In this document: positions 22,003 through 33,207 of the stretch, piece by piece
How the letters are laid out: each line of letters opens with the position of its first letter
Numbering within the stretch: position 1 is the first letter of the stretch
Source: Octopus sinensis
Lineage: Eukaryota
Length of the DNA stretch: 33,207 nucleotides
Reading direction: 5' to 3'
NCBI RefSeq assembly: GCF_006345805.1
Contig: NW_021832098.1
Span: 1-33,207, forward strand
Notes under the pieces: model-generated
What the model was told of the DNA's origin: nothing
What the model saw: the letters and a program-made list of their open reading frames with translations, nothing else
Database searches by the model: none
Position numbers and translations under genes: made by a program

Positions 22003-22198
22003 TTTTGACAAAAGGCCAGCAAGTTCAAGGACGGGGTAAGTCGATTACATCGACCCTACTGCACCACTGGTAATTAATTTATCGATCCCGAAAGGATGAA
22101 AGGCAAAGTCGAACTCCGATGAATTTGAACTTTGAACGTAAAGATAGATGAAACTCCGCCAAGCATTTTGCCCAAAGTGCCAATGATTCTGCCAGCTC
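22003..22198 (-). mobile_element. SINE family E (Deu/Nin-like core)
   Basis: GTAAGTCGATTACATCGACCC...TTAATTTATCGATCCCGAAAGGATGAAAGGCAAAGTCGAACTCCG...GATTCTGCCAGCTC, flanked by (AAT)n. Confidence 0.85.
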
Positions 22199-22226
22199 AA
22201 TAATAATAATAATATTAATATTATTA

Positions 22227-22273
<47 letters not shown>

Positions 22274-22293
22274 TAATAATAATAATAATGATA

Positions 22294-22343
<50 letters not shown>

Positions 22344-22345
22344 CT
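22199..22345. repeat. (AAT)n microsatellite
   Basis: Direct inspection. Confidence 0.97.
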
Positions 22346-22478
22346 TAAAATAAAAAAAATATATATAATTCATTGCATATAAAGTAAACAAATTTAAATA
22401 AACAAATTTAACAAATGGATGTAAAGTAAACACATAAATTAGTTTAAGAAACCCGAAAACAGAACGTAAAGATATACG

Positions 22479-22512
<34 letters not shown>

Positions 22513-22709
22513 ATATATATATATATATATTTACAGCTTTCACAATTTATTGTAATGTATCGTCTAGATGTGTTGCATGCAACAAATGAAACCCAAGTGG
22601 TAGTGTTCTGCTGTCTCTAATAAAACTTCATTTGCTTGCCAGAGTTACGCTGTGTTTATATGTCTTCTGAATTTATCAAATCGTAAAGGTAGGATCTTTT
22701 CTGTTTGGC

Positions 22710-23181
22710 TGCAGCTCTACTCGTAGACCCAACTCTCGTCCCCGGTGGTTATACACGACATGAAAAATGGTTCATCAACGGCACGTTGGCGGAGATCTTG
22801 ACAGATTTCGATGCGATGTTCTTTCTGTTAAGTAGTCAGCAGGCGGGGGTAGAAACTTGGTAGAGACACGCCGCATGTTCAATTCGGACGTTAGGATTGC
22901 CTGCTTGGACCGATAGGATAGACCAAACATAATCAGGAATGCCGTTGATTGCCCTCCGACGATCCTCAGGCACAAGCTGATGAATTTCCACCACATTTCA
23001 GGGGGGATAACTCCCTGGGCAGGTCTTCCAGATCGCTCATCGTCTTCCAGGGACGTTCTTCCACTTTTGAAGCACCCGTGCCATTCGAAACATTGCTTCC
23101 GACCCATTGCCTCGTCGCCGTAAGCTTGCTGAAGCATGCTCAATGTTTCTGCAGCAGATTTCCCAAGTTTAACGCAAAACG
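22710..23181 (-). pseudogene. mariner transposase fragment (N-terminal HTH to first catalytic Asp), frameshifted
   Basis: FCVKLGKSAAETLSMLQQAYGDEAMGRKQCFEWHGCFKSGRTSLEDDERSGRP is a typical mariner HTH region. It continues ...LNMRRVSTKFLP, then in another frame EICQDLRQRAVDEPFFMSCITTGDESWVYE* (GDESW motif at ~22726-22743). No TIRs seen. Confidence 0.9.
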
Positions 23182-23225
23182 AGTAGAACAAAATAACAGA
23201 AAGTACATATGCATGTATATCCTGG

Positions 23226-23417
23226 TAGGCGCAGGAGTGGCTTTGTGGTAAGAAGCTTGCTTCCCAAGCACATGTTACCGGGTTCAGTCCCACAGCGTGG
23301 CACTTTGGATAAATGTCTTCTACTATAACCTCGGGCCGACCAAAGCCTTGTGGATGGATTTGATAGACGGAAACTGAAAGAAGGCCGTCGTGTGTGTGTG
23401 TGTGTATGTATGTATAT

Positions 23418-23506
<89 letters not shown>

Positions 23507-23732
23507 TAATCCAAACAAGAAAGCACAAAAAAACACAACAACGCGAGGACGTGGAACAAATATAGTATTATTGGATGCTCAGGAAAGAAGGAAAGAAAGA
23601 GGGTTTAACGTTTCGAGTGGAGCTCTTCGTCGGAAACATAGGAGAAGGAAAGATCAGAGAAGGGAAGACAGAGGAAATATATATATATATATATATATAT
23701 ATGCGTGTCTATGTTTGTCCCCACTAACATCG
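23226..23732 (+). mobile_element. SINE family A interrupted in its (TA)n spacer by another element; 3' half truncated
   Basis: 5' half at 23226-23389, (TG)(TA)n, insertion at 23502-23677, (TA)n, then GTTTGTCCCCACTAACATCGC, the start of the family A 3' half. Confidence 0.85.
23502..23677 (-). mobile_element. short Penelope-like LTR-type element with variant minimal hammerhead motif, inserted in (TA)n
   Basis: Minus strand 23637-23603: GUUU-CCGACGA-A-GAGCUCCACUC-GAA-ACGU-U-AAAC. Flanked by (TA)n on both sides. Confidence 0.55.
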
Positions 23733-23790
23733 CAAAGCCTGCTGTACTCTTTCAACACAACCTTTTCTCATTCTATCTTCCTGTTTCTGT

Positions 23791-23971
23791 TGTACCTGTA
23801 TTTCAAAGGTCCAGCCTTGTCACACTCTTTGTCACACAGAATCTCCTCCGAGAACTACTTTAAGGGTACACGTGTCTATGGAGTGCTCAGCCACTTTCAC
23901 GTTAATTTCACGGGCAGGCTGTTGATCGGATCAACTGGAACTCTCGTCGTCGTAACCGACCGAGTGCCAAC
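23791..23971 (+). mobile_element. SINE family D 3' body
   Basis: Same sequence family as 1369-1553. Confidence 0.8.
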
Positions 23972-24007
23972 AATATATATATGTACTTAAACACACACAC
24001 GTATGCA

Positions 24008-24050
<43 letters not shown>

Positions 24051-24146
24051 AATAATTATATACATATAAAGAGAATTCAAAGAAAGAGATGTGTGCGTGT
24101 GTCTGTCTGTGTGCGTCTGTGTGTGAGTGCGTAGGCGGATGTTTAT

Positions 24147-24285
24147 CTAGCCCCTGTCACTGACAGAATGAACAACAGTTAAGACAGCCCCATTTTCCCA
24201 TATCACACTGATGCTTCTGATGAGGAAGTTCTTGACTCTCAGATGTTTGTCTTTGAAATTGTCAATGCCATTCTTCACAAATGAC
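24147..24285 (-). other. candidate terminal coding exon (SFVKNGIDNFKDKHLRVKNFLIRSISVIWENGAVLTVVHSVSDRG*), unassigned
   Basis: Non-repetitive 139-nt island between microsatellites, preceded by TATTTTATTTCCTACACAAAATTAG. One open frame with protein-like composition ends in TAG. The protein is not recognised. Confidence 0.25.
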
Positions 24286-24574
24286 CTAATTTTGTGTAGG
24301 AAATAAAATACACACTTGTACACGCGCGCGCACACATAGTAGCACACTGAAACACACACACGCGCACACACGTACATACTTTCCCACGCACACATAGAGA
24401 CACACACACACACACACACACACTTTATCACACGCGCATAGACACACACCTACACTTATATAGACAATGTACAATTGCGTATACTCGCACACATATAAAT
24501 GTTTGGATCACAAAACGCATACGAACATATAGACATGTGTGAATCACAAAGCACACATATACATATGCATATAG

Positions 24575-24820
<246 letters not shown>

Positions 24821-25552
24821 AGCAAAGGTCTATGGATAAACCTCACTTTACTGTCTTAGAAATTATCATGCTGGTTAATGTCTTTCCTGGATTCTTTGCG
24901 CATTGGAAGAAAACGGATTGATCATGGCTAGAGTATCTTTGGTTATAAGGCTGCTCGTTTAAGGCTGGCCAAGGGCTAAATACTCACTACAGCAACATCT
25001 TATGCGATGAACCAACAAGGAAGTCTTTATGTCATCGTTTGACGTAACATAGACATAGCAGTTAATCTCTCGAACCACTTCATACGTAGAGGTACTGGGT
25101 CTGAAAAGAAAAATAAATAAATCGAGACGGTTTGGTCTCGTACCTATTCATGTTTCGTCACTACCACCACCACCACCACCATCAACAATAACATTACGCG
25201 CCATTGCTGGAAACGCTACGACGTTGCTCGGCGTATCAGTTTATTTTCCGTCATATTATAAGCTACCACTTGGACGATAAACCAAAAACAAGAAAGCAAG
25301 GAGCCATTGGTTAGAATTGTCTTCGTGACATAAAAAGACGGAATAGTCGTGGTCGGAACAACTTTGCATGTAAATCTGATCAGTTTTGACCAACGTGAAG
25401 ATTTCTTTCGTGATTTTACTGGACAACGGCGAATGGAACGATTGCAAGCGAAAGTTGACTGAAAGTACCATTTAGTGATGGTTTTCATCTGGGTAATGGA
25501 TTAAGTCTTCTTTATAATCATCGACTTCCAAACAGTCGTTCAGTTTCTTCTT

Positions 25553-26357
25553 TCATCATCATCATTGTTCGACCGTGGTCGAGACAATGGAATTTACCAT
25601 GCTACGCCAGACTTCACGGTCCATCATGGCATTACGGAGGTCCTGTTGCTGGATGCCTGTATCCCTGGAGATTACATCAGGGTAGGAGAGTGTGCGCCCT
25701 CTGGTATTGCGAGTAGATGGCTTCCAGAGGAGAAGAGTAGAAATTACCCTTTTTCAGCTCTACAACAATGTCCAGCAAACTGGACTCTCTTACCTTTCAC
25801 AAGAGATGACACAGGTGGTAGTTTCCATATATTTGCATTTTAGTTGGATGGCGCTTCCACGAGAGATTTTGAGCTCTCATAAGGAGGCGAGTGTAGGTTC
25901 CATCCAACCGCCTCTCAAGCTTCTTTGATAACGTCCAGGTTTCTGAGCCATATAGTAGAATTGGTTCGACTGTGGCTTTGAAGATTTCAAGTTTGAAGTC
26001 TCTACTTAGATTTGATGACCAGATCTTATGCATGTCATTACAGCCTGACCAGGCCATACCCTTTCTAGTTAGAAAGTCTTTTCCTGATGATGATATGTAT
26101 GACCCAAGATATTTGTAATCAGAAACCATATTTAAGGGCGCATTGTTGAGAGTATGGATGATGCAATCACTGTTGGACAGGCACTTGTTTATGTATTCAG
26201 TCTTGGCCTCATTGAGGTAAAGACCTACACAATTTGAGGCTTGTTCAAGAGATTGTAAAAGAGACTGGGCATTGGAGAGAGAATCACTGATAAGAGCGAT
26301 GTCGTCAGCAAAGTCAGTGTCTGTCAAGTACTCAGCTGGATGTCTGGAACTTCTTTA
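25553..26357 (-). mobile_element. 5'-truncated RTE-type non-LTR retrotransposon: C-terminal part of the reverse transcriptase ORF, two frameshifts, (TGA)n tail
   Basis: RSSRHPAEYLTDTDFADDIAL (RT FADD motif) ... YKYLGSYI ... EPILLYGSETWTLSKKLERRLDGTYTRLL. After frameshifts near 25820 and 25745 it continues LPPVSSLVKGKRVQFAGHCCRAE...LLWKPSTRNTRGRTLSYPDVISRDTG...AMMDREVWRSMVNSIVSTTVEQ*, immediately followed by TGATGATGA. Confidence 0.9.
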
Positions 26358-27295
26358 CTAACAGTTTCCCGGTAGACATCGACCAATACATATTTAAATT
26401 TAACATTAAATTTTGACATGGAGGGATTTTAAGTGGCGGTATGTTAAACCAGGCAATAGACTTTGACTATCGCTCAAGAACAGGACAGACAACACGAGGT
26501 CTACACCTTTTCGCCTATCTTCTGTCATTCTCAAAACTTCGTTCAGCTTGAAGCTGTTACTGAAAATAACATTTGTCTTATGTGCTGCGCTGTTGACTCT
26601 AATTCGGAACACTGCGTTGCGAAGCTGACCTCAACATATTTTGAAATCAGAAAGAAAAGAGGGATAGAAGAAACAAGGCAAGACAGAGTTCTTTCCGACG
26701 CTTTTACTGTTCTACTAGATCGTTACCTTTTAATATGCTTTGATACTTCTATAATAAATTATGTAACACAAAATCAACAAGACCAGGAGACGATCTATGG
26801 AAATTAAGATAGACCAGGCTTAGGCAGTACATAAGAAGACGACTGCAAATCTTACTTAAGACAACACATTAAATTTTCTTTTAATGCCTCGCGGTATTCT
26901 TTGTGACGAAACAGCGCCATAGCTACGTCATTCGGGAGATGTCTTGCTTTATTTAAATACATTATGAGAAATGCATCAATTAGAAATCATTCGCGGTAAT
27001 ATCAAAGGCTTATGAGCCTTTAGTATCAAAACTTAATGGCAAGAGAACATACTGTAATTCCAATTTATTTCAAGTGGACACTGTCTACGAATATATCAAT
27101 TTTGATATATTTCTAACGTCAAAGGTTTGATATACTTATATTTTTACAGACATACATATGCAATGAAATCGGACACATACACACAAACATACATGCATAT
27201 ATATCTACATGCATATATGTGTTTATGTATACATACTTATGTGATACACGCATGCATAAACCCACACACATACACACACACTTATTTGTATCTTT

Positions 27296-27441
27296 TACTC
27301 TTTTACTCTTTTATTCTTCTACTTGTTTCAGTCATTTGATTGTGGCCATGCTGGAGCACCGGCTTTAGTCGAGCAAATCGACCCTAGTACTTATTCTTTG
27401 TAAGCCTAGTACTTATTCTATCGGTCCCTTTTGCCGAACCG
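27296..27441 (-). mobile_element. SINE family A, 3' fragment
   Basis: TTTCAGTCATTTGATTGTGGCCATGCTGGAGCACCGGCTTTAGTCGAGCAAATCGACCC...TTTTGCCGAACCG. Confidence 0.88.
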
Positions 27442-27535
27442 TTGCTCGAAAAAAAGTTCGTTTTCTATGTTTTTGCTTTATATGTTCTCGTTTCTCATTT
27501 TGTTCACGATTTTTATTTTGACGTCCTGTACCCAT

Positions 27536-27583
27536 ATATGCATGTATATATACATATATATGTAGGTATGTACATATATGTAT

Positions 27584-27670
<87 letters not shown>

Positions 27671-27731
27671 TGTATTATATATATATGGGTGTGTATACAT
27701 GTATATGCATTTGCATATATATATGTATATG

Positions 27732-27764
<33 letters not shown>

Positions 27765-27895
27765 GATATATATAGATATATATATATATGTATGTATACA
27801 TACATGCATTTATGCGTGCATATACATGTATATGTATATATATATGTATGCGTGTGTGTATGTATGTATGTATGTATGTATACATGTATGTACAT
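27536..27895. repeat. (TA)n/(TATG)n block
   Basis: Direct inspection. Confidence 0.95.
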
Positions 27896-28334
27896 GAAGA
27901 GGTTTGAATAGTGACATTCGAAAGTTTTGCCTGTTATTAGCTTTGTCATTGATAAGGCCAACTATCGTTGAAACTTCGAAGTCACACACATACACATACA
28001 TATGCGCATGTGTGCGTGTGTGTGTGTGTGCGGTTTTGGTGGGTGTTGGGGTGGGCAAAGCAAAAAAAAACAGCAAAACCAGGAAAGTGCAAGTTTTTCA
28101 TAAATTTTATCCAAAGGGATCATATTCAAATCTCATATATAAGAAAGTGGAGAATGCGAGTAATCTTTTACAGCTGTTTCCGTGTTGCGGTGCTGAGTCT
28201 GCGCAATAGTGTGAATTGTATATACATATGCAAGAGCTCAACTGGTGTTAGTCAAAGTATATGAAATAATATATGTACACTCATTCCATCTTTAAAAGAA
28301 AAGGAATACGTTTATACCCTCTGATATTTGTTGT

Positions 28335-28630
28335 AGTAACATCAATATTAGCGGTTGGGAGGCAGTTGCCGGCAACCGTGGAGAATGGCGACGTACAGTA
28401 AAAGAGGGAATACAAAGGAGTGACAGAGAGAGAGAGGAGAAATGGAAAGAAAGGAAGATACGTAAACAAGAGACTATGACACTACAACCAGCCAGGAACA
28501 GAGGGAGTGTTTGTCCAGGATAGGACTACACAGCCACAGCAGGAAATGTATCAGGACATGAAATATAAAAGCTAGACTACTTCATGCGCAACTCCATTGT
28601 CTCCCGAGACAGAAAGGATGCCAATACAAT
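28335..28630 (+). mobile_element. 3' end of an RTE-clade LINE (C-terminus plus short 3' UTR)
   Basis: Translates SNINISGWEAVAGNRGEWRRTVKEGIQRSDREREEKWKERKIRKQE..., then in another frame SRIGLHSHSRKCIRT*, the typical RTE C-terminal zinc-finger remnant. The 3' UTR reads GCGCAACTCCATTGTCTCCCGAGACAGAAAGGATGCCAATAC. Not in the ORF track because no Met precedes it. Confidence 0.8.
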
Positions 28631-29476
28631 TTGTTGTAGTCCAATTAGAATTTGAAGTCTAATTAGAACAGGCGCACTACTGAATGTAATTTGAGCGTCC
28701 TTTAGCTACTAGCAGGTTACGACGTCAGGTGGATGATTGCTTCTTTAATTTATTGTTGCGGCTATTCTTCTTGTATTTGTTGATGTCGTTTATTTGTTGA
28801 TGTTTTTTGTTGCTTGTTTCGCTCCGTTCACCTTTATTAAATAAGACTCTGATCAAAAGTGTTCCAACCGTAACCATCCCATCTTTTACTCAGATAATAT
28901 TTTCCTGTATATACGTTAATATGTCGTTCTTTGAAAGAAAGATCGTAATGTTTGTGTGTGTGAGAGAGAGAGAGAGAGAGAATGAATTGTGTGCGCGTTT
29001 GTGTGTGTGTGTGTGTGTATGTGTGTGGTGTTGTGTGTGTGTGTGTGGTGTGTGTGTGTGTGTGTGTGTGTGTGTATTCGCTGTTCTCTCTACTATGTCG
29101 AACCACCAGATATAGCGAGGCACTAGTGCGTATGTATGTCATACCACTTGCACTAATAAAATTCCGTTTTTTTTCTCTTTTAATTTCCAGCATGTTTTTG
29201 GCAGGAACCAGACAATTTGCCTGTAACGAATAAGATAAATCTTATTCTACCCACCACCATTATTCTACCCATAACATAAAAACGAATAAATAGATAAAAA
29301 AATAAAATAAGTTAATTAAATAACTCGCTACCACCACTGCCACCACCAACACAGCTACCGCACCCAGCAGTAAGCAACTATTTTTTTTATCAATCTCCAT
29401 CTTCTCTATAAAAGTATAACAAGAACGACGTCAAAAACAAAAACAATGATAATAATAATAGCAGCAGCAATAATAC

Positions 29477-30080
29477 TCTAGGCACAAGGCCCGAGATTTG
29501 GGGGGAGGGGGCGAGTCGATTAGATCGACCCCTGTACGCAACTGGTACTTAATTTATCTACCCCGAAAGGATGAAAGGCAAAATCGACCTCGGCGGAATT
29601 TGAACTCACAACGTAACGGCAGACGAAATACCTGACGAAATACCACAAGGGGCTAAATGCAGAGAGGACAAACAAGAAAAGTCAAACGGATTAAGTCGAT
29701 TATATCTACACCAATGCGTAACTGGTACTTATTTAATCGACCCCGAAAGGATGACAGGCAAAGTCGACCTCGGCGGAATTTGAACTCAGAACGTAGTGGC
29801 AGATGAAATACTCCTAAGCATTTTGCCCGGCGTGCTAACGATTCTGCCACCTTACCGCCTTCATACTAATAAGAATAATAATCATAATAACAATAACAAT
29901 AGGCCTGAAATTTGGGGGAGGAGATAAGTCGATTACATCGACCCTAGTTTTCAACTGGTACTTATTTTATCGACCCCGATAGAATGAAAGGCAAAGTCGA
30001 CCACAGCGGAATTCGACCTCAGAACGAAGCGTTGGGCGAAATACCACTAAGCACAACGATACTGCCTGCTCGTCGCCTTA
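29477..30080 (-). mobile_element. three head-to-tail copies of SINE family E (~29477-29630 5'-truncated, 29643-29863, 29900-30080)
   Basis: The core (C)GACCCCGAAAGGATGAAAGGCAAA.TCGACCTCGGCGGAATTTGAACTCA occurs three times, with different 3' tails. Confidence 0.88.
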
Positions 30081-30092
30081 GTAGTAGTAGTA

Positions 30093-30162
<70 letters not shown>

Positions 30163-30317
30163 TAGTAATAATAATAATAACAATAATAATAATAATAATG
30201 AAGGGGAGGAGGAGGAGGTGGTAAAGGAAGTGGAGGATGATAGCGATGATGATGTAGATGATGATCCCGACAATGGCAATGATGGTGATGGTGATGATGA
30301 TGATGATGATGATGATC

Positions 30318-30353
<36 letters not shown>

Positions 30354-30375
30354 GCAACAACAACATTAGTAATAT
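30081..30375. repeat. (AGT)n/(AAT)n/(GGA)n/(GAT)n trinucleotide block
   Basis: Direct inspection; source of the poly-N/D ORF. Confidence 0.95.
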
Positions 30376-30825
30376 AAACTATAAGAACGGAAGTAGACTA
30401 AGAACCACCGCAAAATATTAATTCTTGTCATATTCTGTTATTTCAATCCCAAAGGGTTTTTTTTCATGTCTCCCATTATCTAAACAACCTAATAAGTTAG
30501 ATGATGTGACAGACTGGGGTTTCTAAATGTCCCTAACAAAAAAACTCTTATAATGTATGTAGATCCAGCCAGAGGTTTCGTTTGGGTTTGTGCGTGCGTG
30601 TGTGATAATGATTTCTGACAGTAAGGATGTGTCTACGTCGTTTAAGTATATACGTGCGTACGCAAGTATGTACAAGCGTACGTGCATGTACGCAAACCAC
30701 TGAGTTAGTGAGACGTACGGGGAGTTATGTGGAAGAAACCATCACCGATGGTGGTGGAACAAAAAGACATACGTACATAGGTATATACATACATATATAT
30801 ATTGTATATATATATAATATATATA

Positions 30826-30871
<46 letters not shown>

Positions 30872-30872
<1 letters not shown>

Positions 30873-32072
30873 GAAAATAGTAAAGTGTGAAAAAACGACA
30901 GAAGGCTAAATGTTAAAAAAAATATATATTTGTGTCAAAATGTCTGGAGAATATTGGAAAAATTTTTTTTCCTTTCCTTAAAATGACATAATTAAAAATT
31001 TTTTAAGAAATTACCGGTTTCGCGTGTAGCTTTTCAAATTTCTTGTGACGTTATGTTTATATTGCATGGAGTTATCGTTGTATTTATTTTCAGGAGATTT
31101 CTAAATAAGGGGAGGTAGTGAGTGATTTCTTCCGGTGTAAGGGAGATAATCGCTTAAAATTTTTTTTCCTTTTCCCTGTTCATTTCTCTGTGTCAGTATG
31201 TTCGGATGGTTTTTCCTTTCCCTTGTTAATTTCTCTGTGTCAGTATGTTCGGATGGTTGAGTCTGGGTTTGTACTTTTCAATGAAGAATGTTTCCTTGTT
31301 CAATCTCATTTGTGTTGATGATCCGAAAGCACATTGGTAAAATGGGAAGATTAAAAATTGTGGCAGTAGTTGCTTTGCGCATTTCTCAATGTGCTAACTA
31401 AAAGGTATCATTCTATATTCTGGGAATGCAATCTGTTATCGATGCAGTGTGCATACTACGCCTGAGTGATAGTCCCGTGGCGTAGATGCACACTGCATCG
31501 ACAACACAGATTGCATTCCCAGAATATAGAATGATACCTTTTAGTGAGCACATTGAGAAATGCGCAAAGCAACTACTGCCACAATTTTTAATCTTCCCAT
31601 TTTACCAATGTGCTTTCGGATCATCAACACAAATGAGACTGAACAAGGAAACATTCTTCATTGAAAAGTACAAACCCAGACTCAACCATCCGAACATACT
31701 GACACAGAGAAATTAACAAGGGAAAAGGAAAAACCATCCGAACATACTGACACAGAGAAATTAACAAGGGAAAAGGAAAAAAAAATTTTAAGCGATTATC
31801 TCCCTTACACCGGAAGAAATCACTCACTACCTCCCCTTATTTAGAAATCTCCTGAAAATAAATACAACGATAACTCCATGCAATATAACATATAGCGTCA
31901 TAAGAAATTTGAAAAGCTACACGCGAAACCGGTAATTTTTCTTAAAAATTTTTAAATTATGTCATTTTAGGAAAGGAAAAAAATTTTTCCAATATTCTCC
32001 AGACATTTTGACACAAATATATATATTTTTTAACATTAAGCTTCTGTCGTTTTTTCACACTTACTATTTTCT
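30872..32072. repeat. 1.2-kb palindrome (fold-back element): ~590-bp arms, 16-nt spacer
   Basis: 30872-31462 is the reverse complement of 31479-32072 with only scattered substitutions and indels. Spacer TGAGTGATAGTCCCGT. A ~45-bp tandem duplication is present in both arms. Confidence 0.92.
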
Positions 32073-32114
32073 ATATATTCACCCACGTGCTTTACCAAAT
32101 AAACTTTCTTATAT

Positions 32115-32170
<56 letters not shown>

Positions 32171-32173
<3 letters not shown>

Positions 32174-32555
32174 AAGTATCATTAGAGACAGAAATCCTCA
32201 TAAAATTCAACATATCAGAATATAAATTCAACCATATCATAGAATATTACATTTAATACTTACTATTCATGTTCAAAGTTGTCGACTACACGTGTTTCAT
32301 GAGGTTGTATTCTATGTTCTTGAGACACACAGTATCTGACAGAATCTCCCCTTATATACAACTCCAATCTTAAGGGGAGGTTCTGTAAGAGACTGCGTGT
32401 CTCAAGAACATAGTATACAACCTCATGAAACACGTGTAGTCGACAACTTTGAACATGAATAGTAAGTATTAAATATAATATTCTATGACATGTGTGAATT
32501 TATATTCTGATTTGTTGAATTTTATGGGGGATTCCTGTCTCTAATTATACTTTGG
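32171..32555. mobile_element. 385-bp palindromic MITE-like element in a TA context, 16-nt spacer
   Basis: 32171-32354 is the reverse complement of 32371-32555. Ends TA-(T/C)CAAAGTAT ... ATACTTTGG-TA. Spacer TATACAACTCCAATCT. Confidence 0.8.
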
Positions 32556-32623
32556 TATATATGTATGTATTTATTTATTGATAATAATTCAACTTAATAT
32601 TATTAACTTGACTATCTCATCCA

Positions 32624-32937
32624 TGTGACGCCGGAATTGATATTCCCTTATTATTATCAATATATATATATATATATATACAATTAGCAATTTTAAGAAG
32701 AGGAGATGGTAATGGCCGGGACACGAAGACAACTTTTGCAAGGGAGAACGAGTCAGTCTTTGGGTCCCAATTTGTGAAGAGCGAGTTCTTTACTAATCAA
32801 CGGCGAAAATTCATACAGCTCATTAATCGAAGCTTCGTTCCACATTTGAATTTTTGGCTCCCATTTTGGATTCCTTGATTTTCTTGGTTACCTCTGGATC
32901 TCTCCTCTGATTTCTGGCCCCTCTCTTTATCACCACA
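32624..32937. mobile_element. possible solo-LTR-like sequence
   Basis: Begins TGTGACG and ends TCACCACA (TG...CA), but no matching TSD is found and the end is ambiguous (another CACCACA at 33072-33078). Confidence 0.15.
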
Positions 32938-33207
32938 CCCTATTTTGGCTCATCGTACACATCTTGGATCTCTGCCCTTCTTTGATCTCTTGAGCTCAGA
33001 CCGAAGTGCTGGCTAAATACAGAATTTGGTATTAAACGTGTGATGTTCATACCTTTGCCAATCGTGATACACACCACAAAGACAATTAATTACAATTAGG
33101 AGAGCAAAACACGTAAACTCGTCTACCTCTACCTCACTCACACATTCACTCACTTCGTCACTCACTCACGTTTTTCTTATACAACATGCATACACACATA
33201 CATACAT

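Noticed and set aside
29477-30080. CRISPR-like or satellite array of repeated GACCCCGAAAGGATGAAAGG
   Set aside because: The repeats are diverged SINE cores with irregular spacing in eukaryotic DNA.
32624-33078. LTR retrotransposon
   Set aside because: TG...CA ends are present, but there is no TSD, no clear PBS match to a tRNA 3' end and no gag/pol sequence; kept only as a very low-confidence feature.

Overview
AT-rich, microsatellite-saturated eukaryotic non-coding DNA (intron or intergenic). The SINE families and the dense (TA)n/(CA)n/(GATA)n/(TATG)n/(AAT)n tracts resemble octopus genomic DNA; this is inferred from recalled repeat families, not from a database search. No intact protein-coding gene is supported, and nearly all ORFs in the track are microsatellite or antisense artefacts. 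The only recognisable coding remnants come from transposons: an RTE-type LINE RT 3' fragment (25553-26357, -), an RTE C-terminal/3' end (28335-28630, +), a mariner transposase fragment (22710-23181, -) and a mariner deletion derivative (1142-1334). At least four tRNA-derived SINE families are present in many nested copies. The most notable structures are: (1) a ~245-bp inverted repeat pair (18444-18691 / 19756-19999) in which each arm carries a complete minimal type I hammerhead ribozyme motif of the Penelope-like-element kind, with two more variant or degenerate hammerhead motifs at 3642-3711 and 23603-23637; (2) two adjacent long palindromes (1.2 kb and 385 bp), each with a 16-nt spacer; (3) a SINE dimer bounded by one target-site duplication; (4) a SINE whose internal microsatellite spacer repeatedly hosts other elements; (5) a ~565-bp non-coding element sitting inside an (ATT)n tract. 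All coordinates were read by eye, and element boundaries are approximate unless a motif is quoted.
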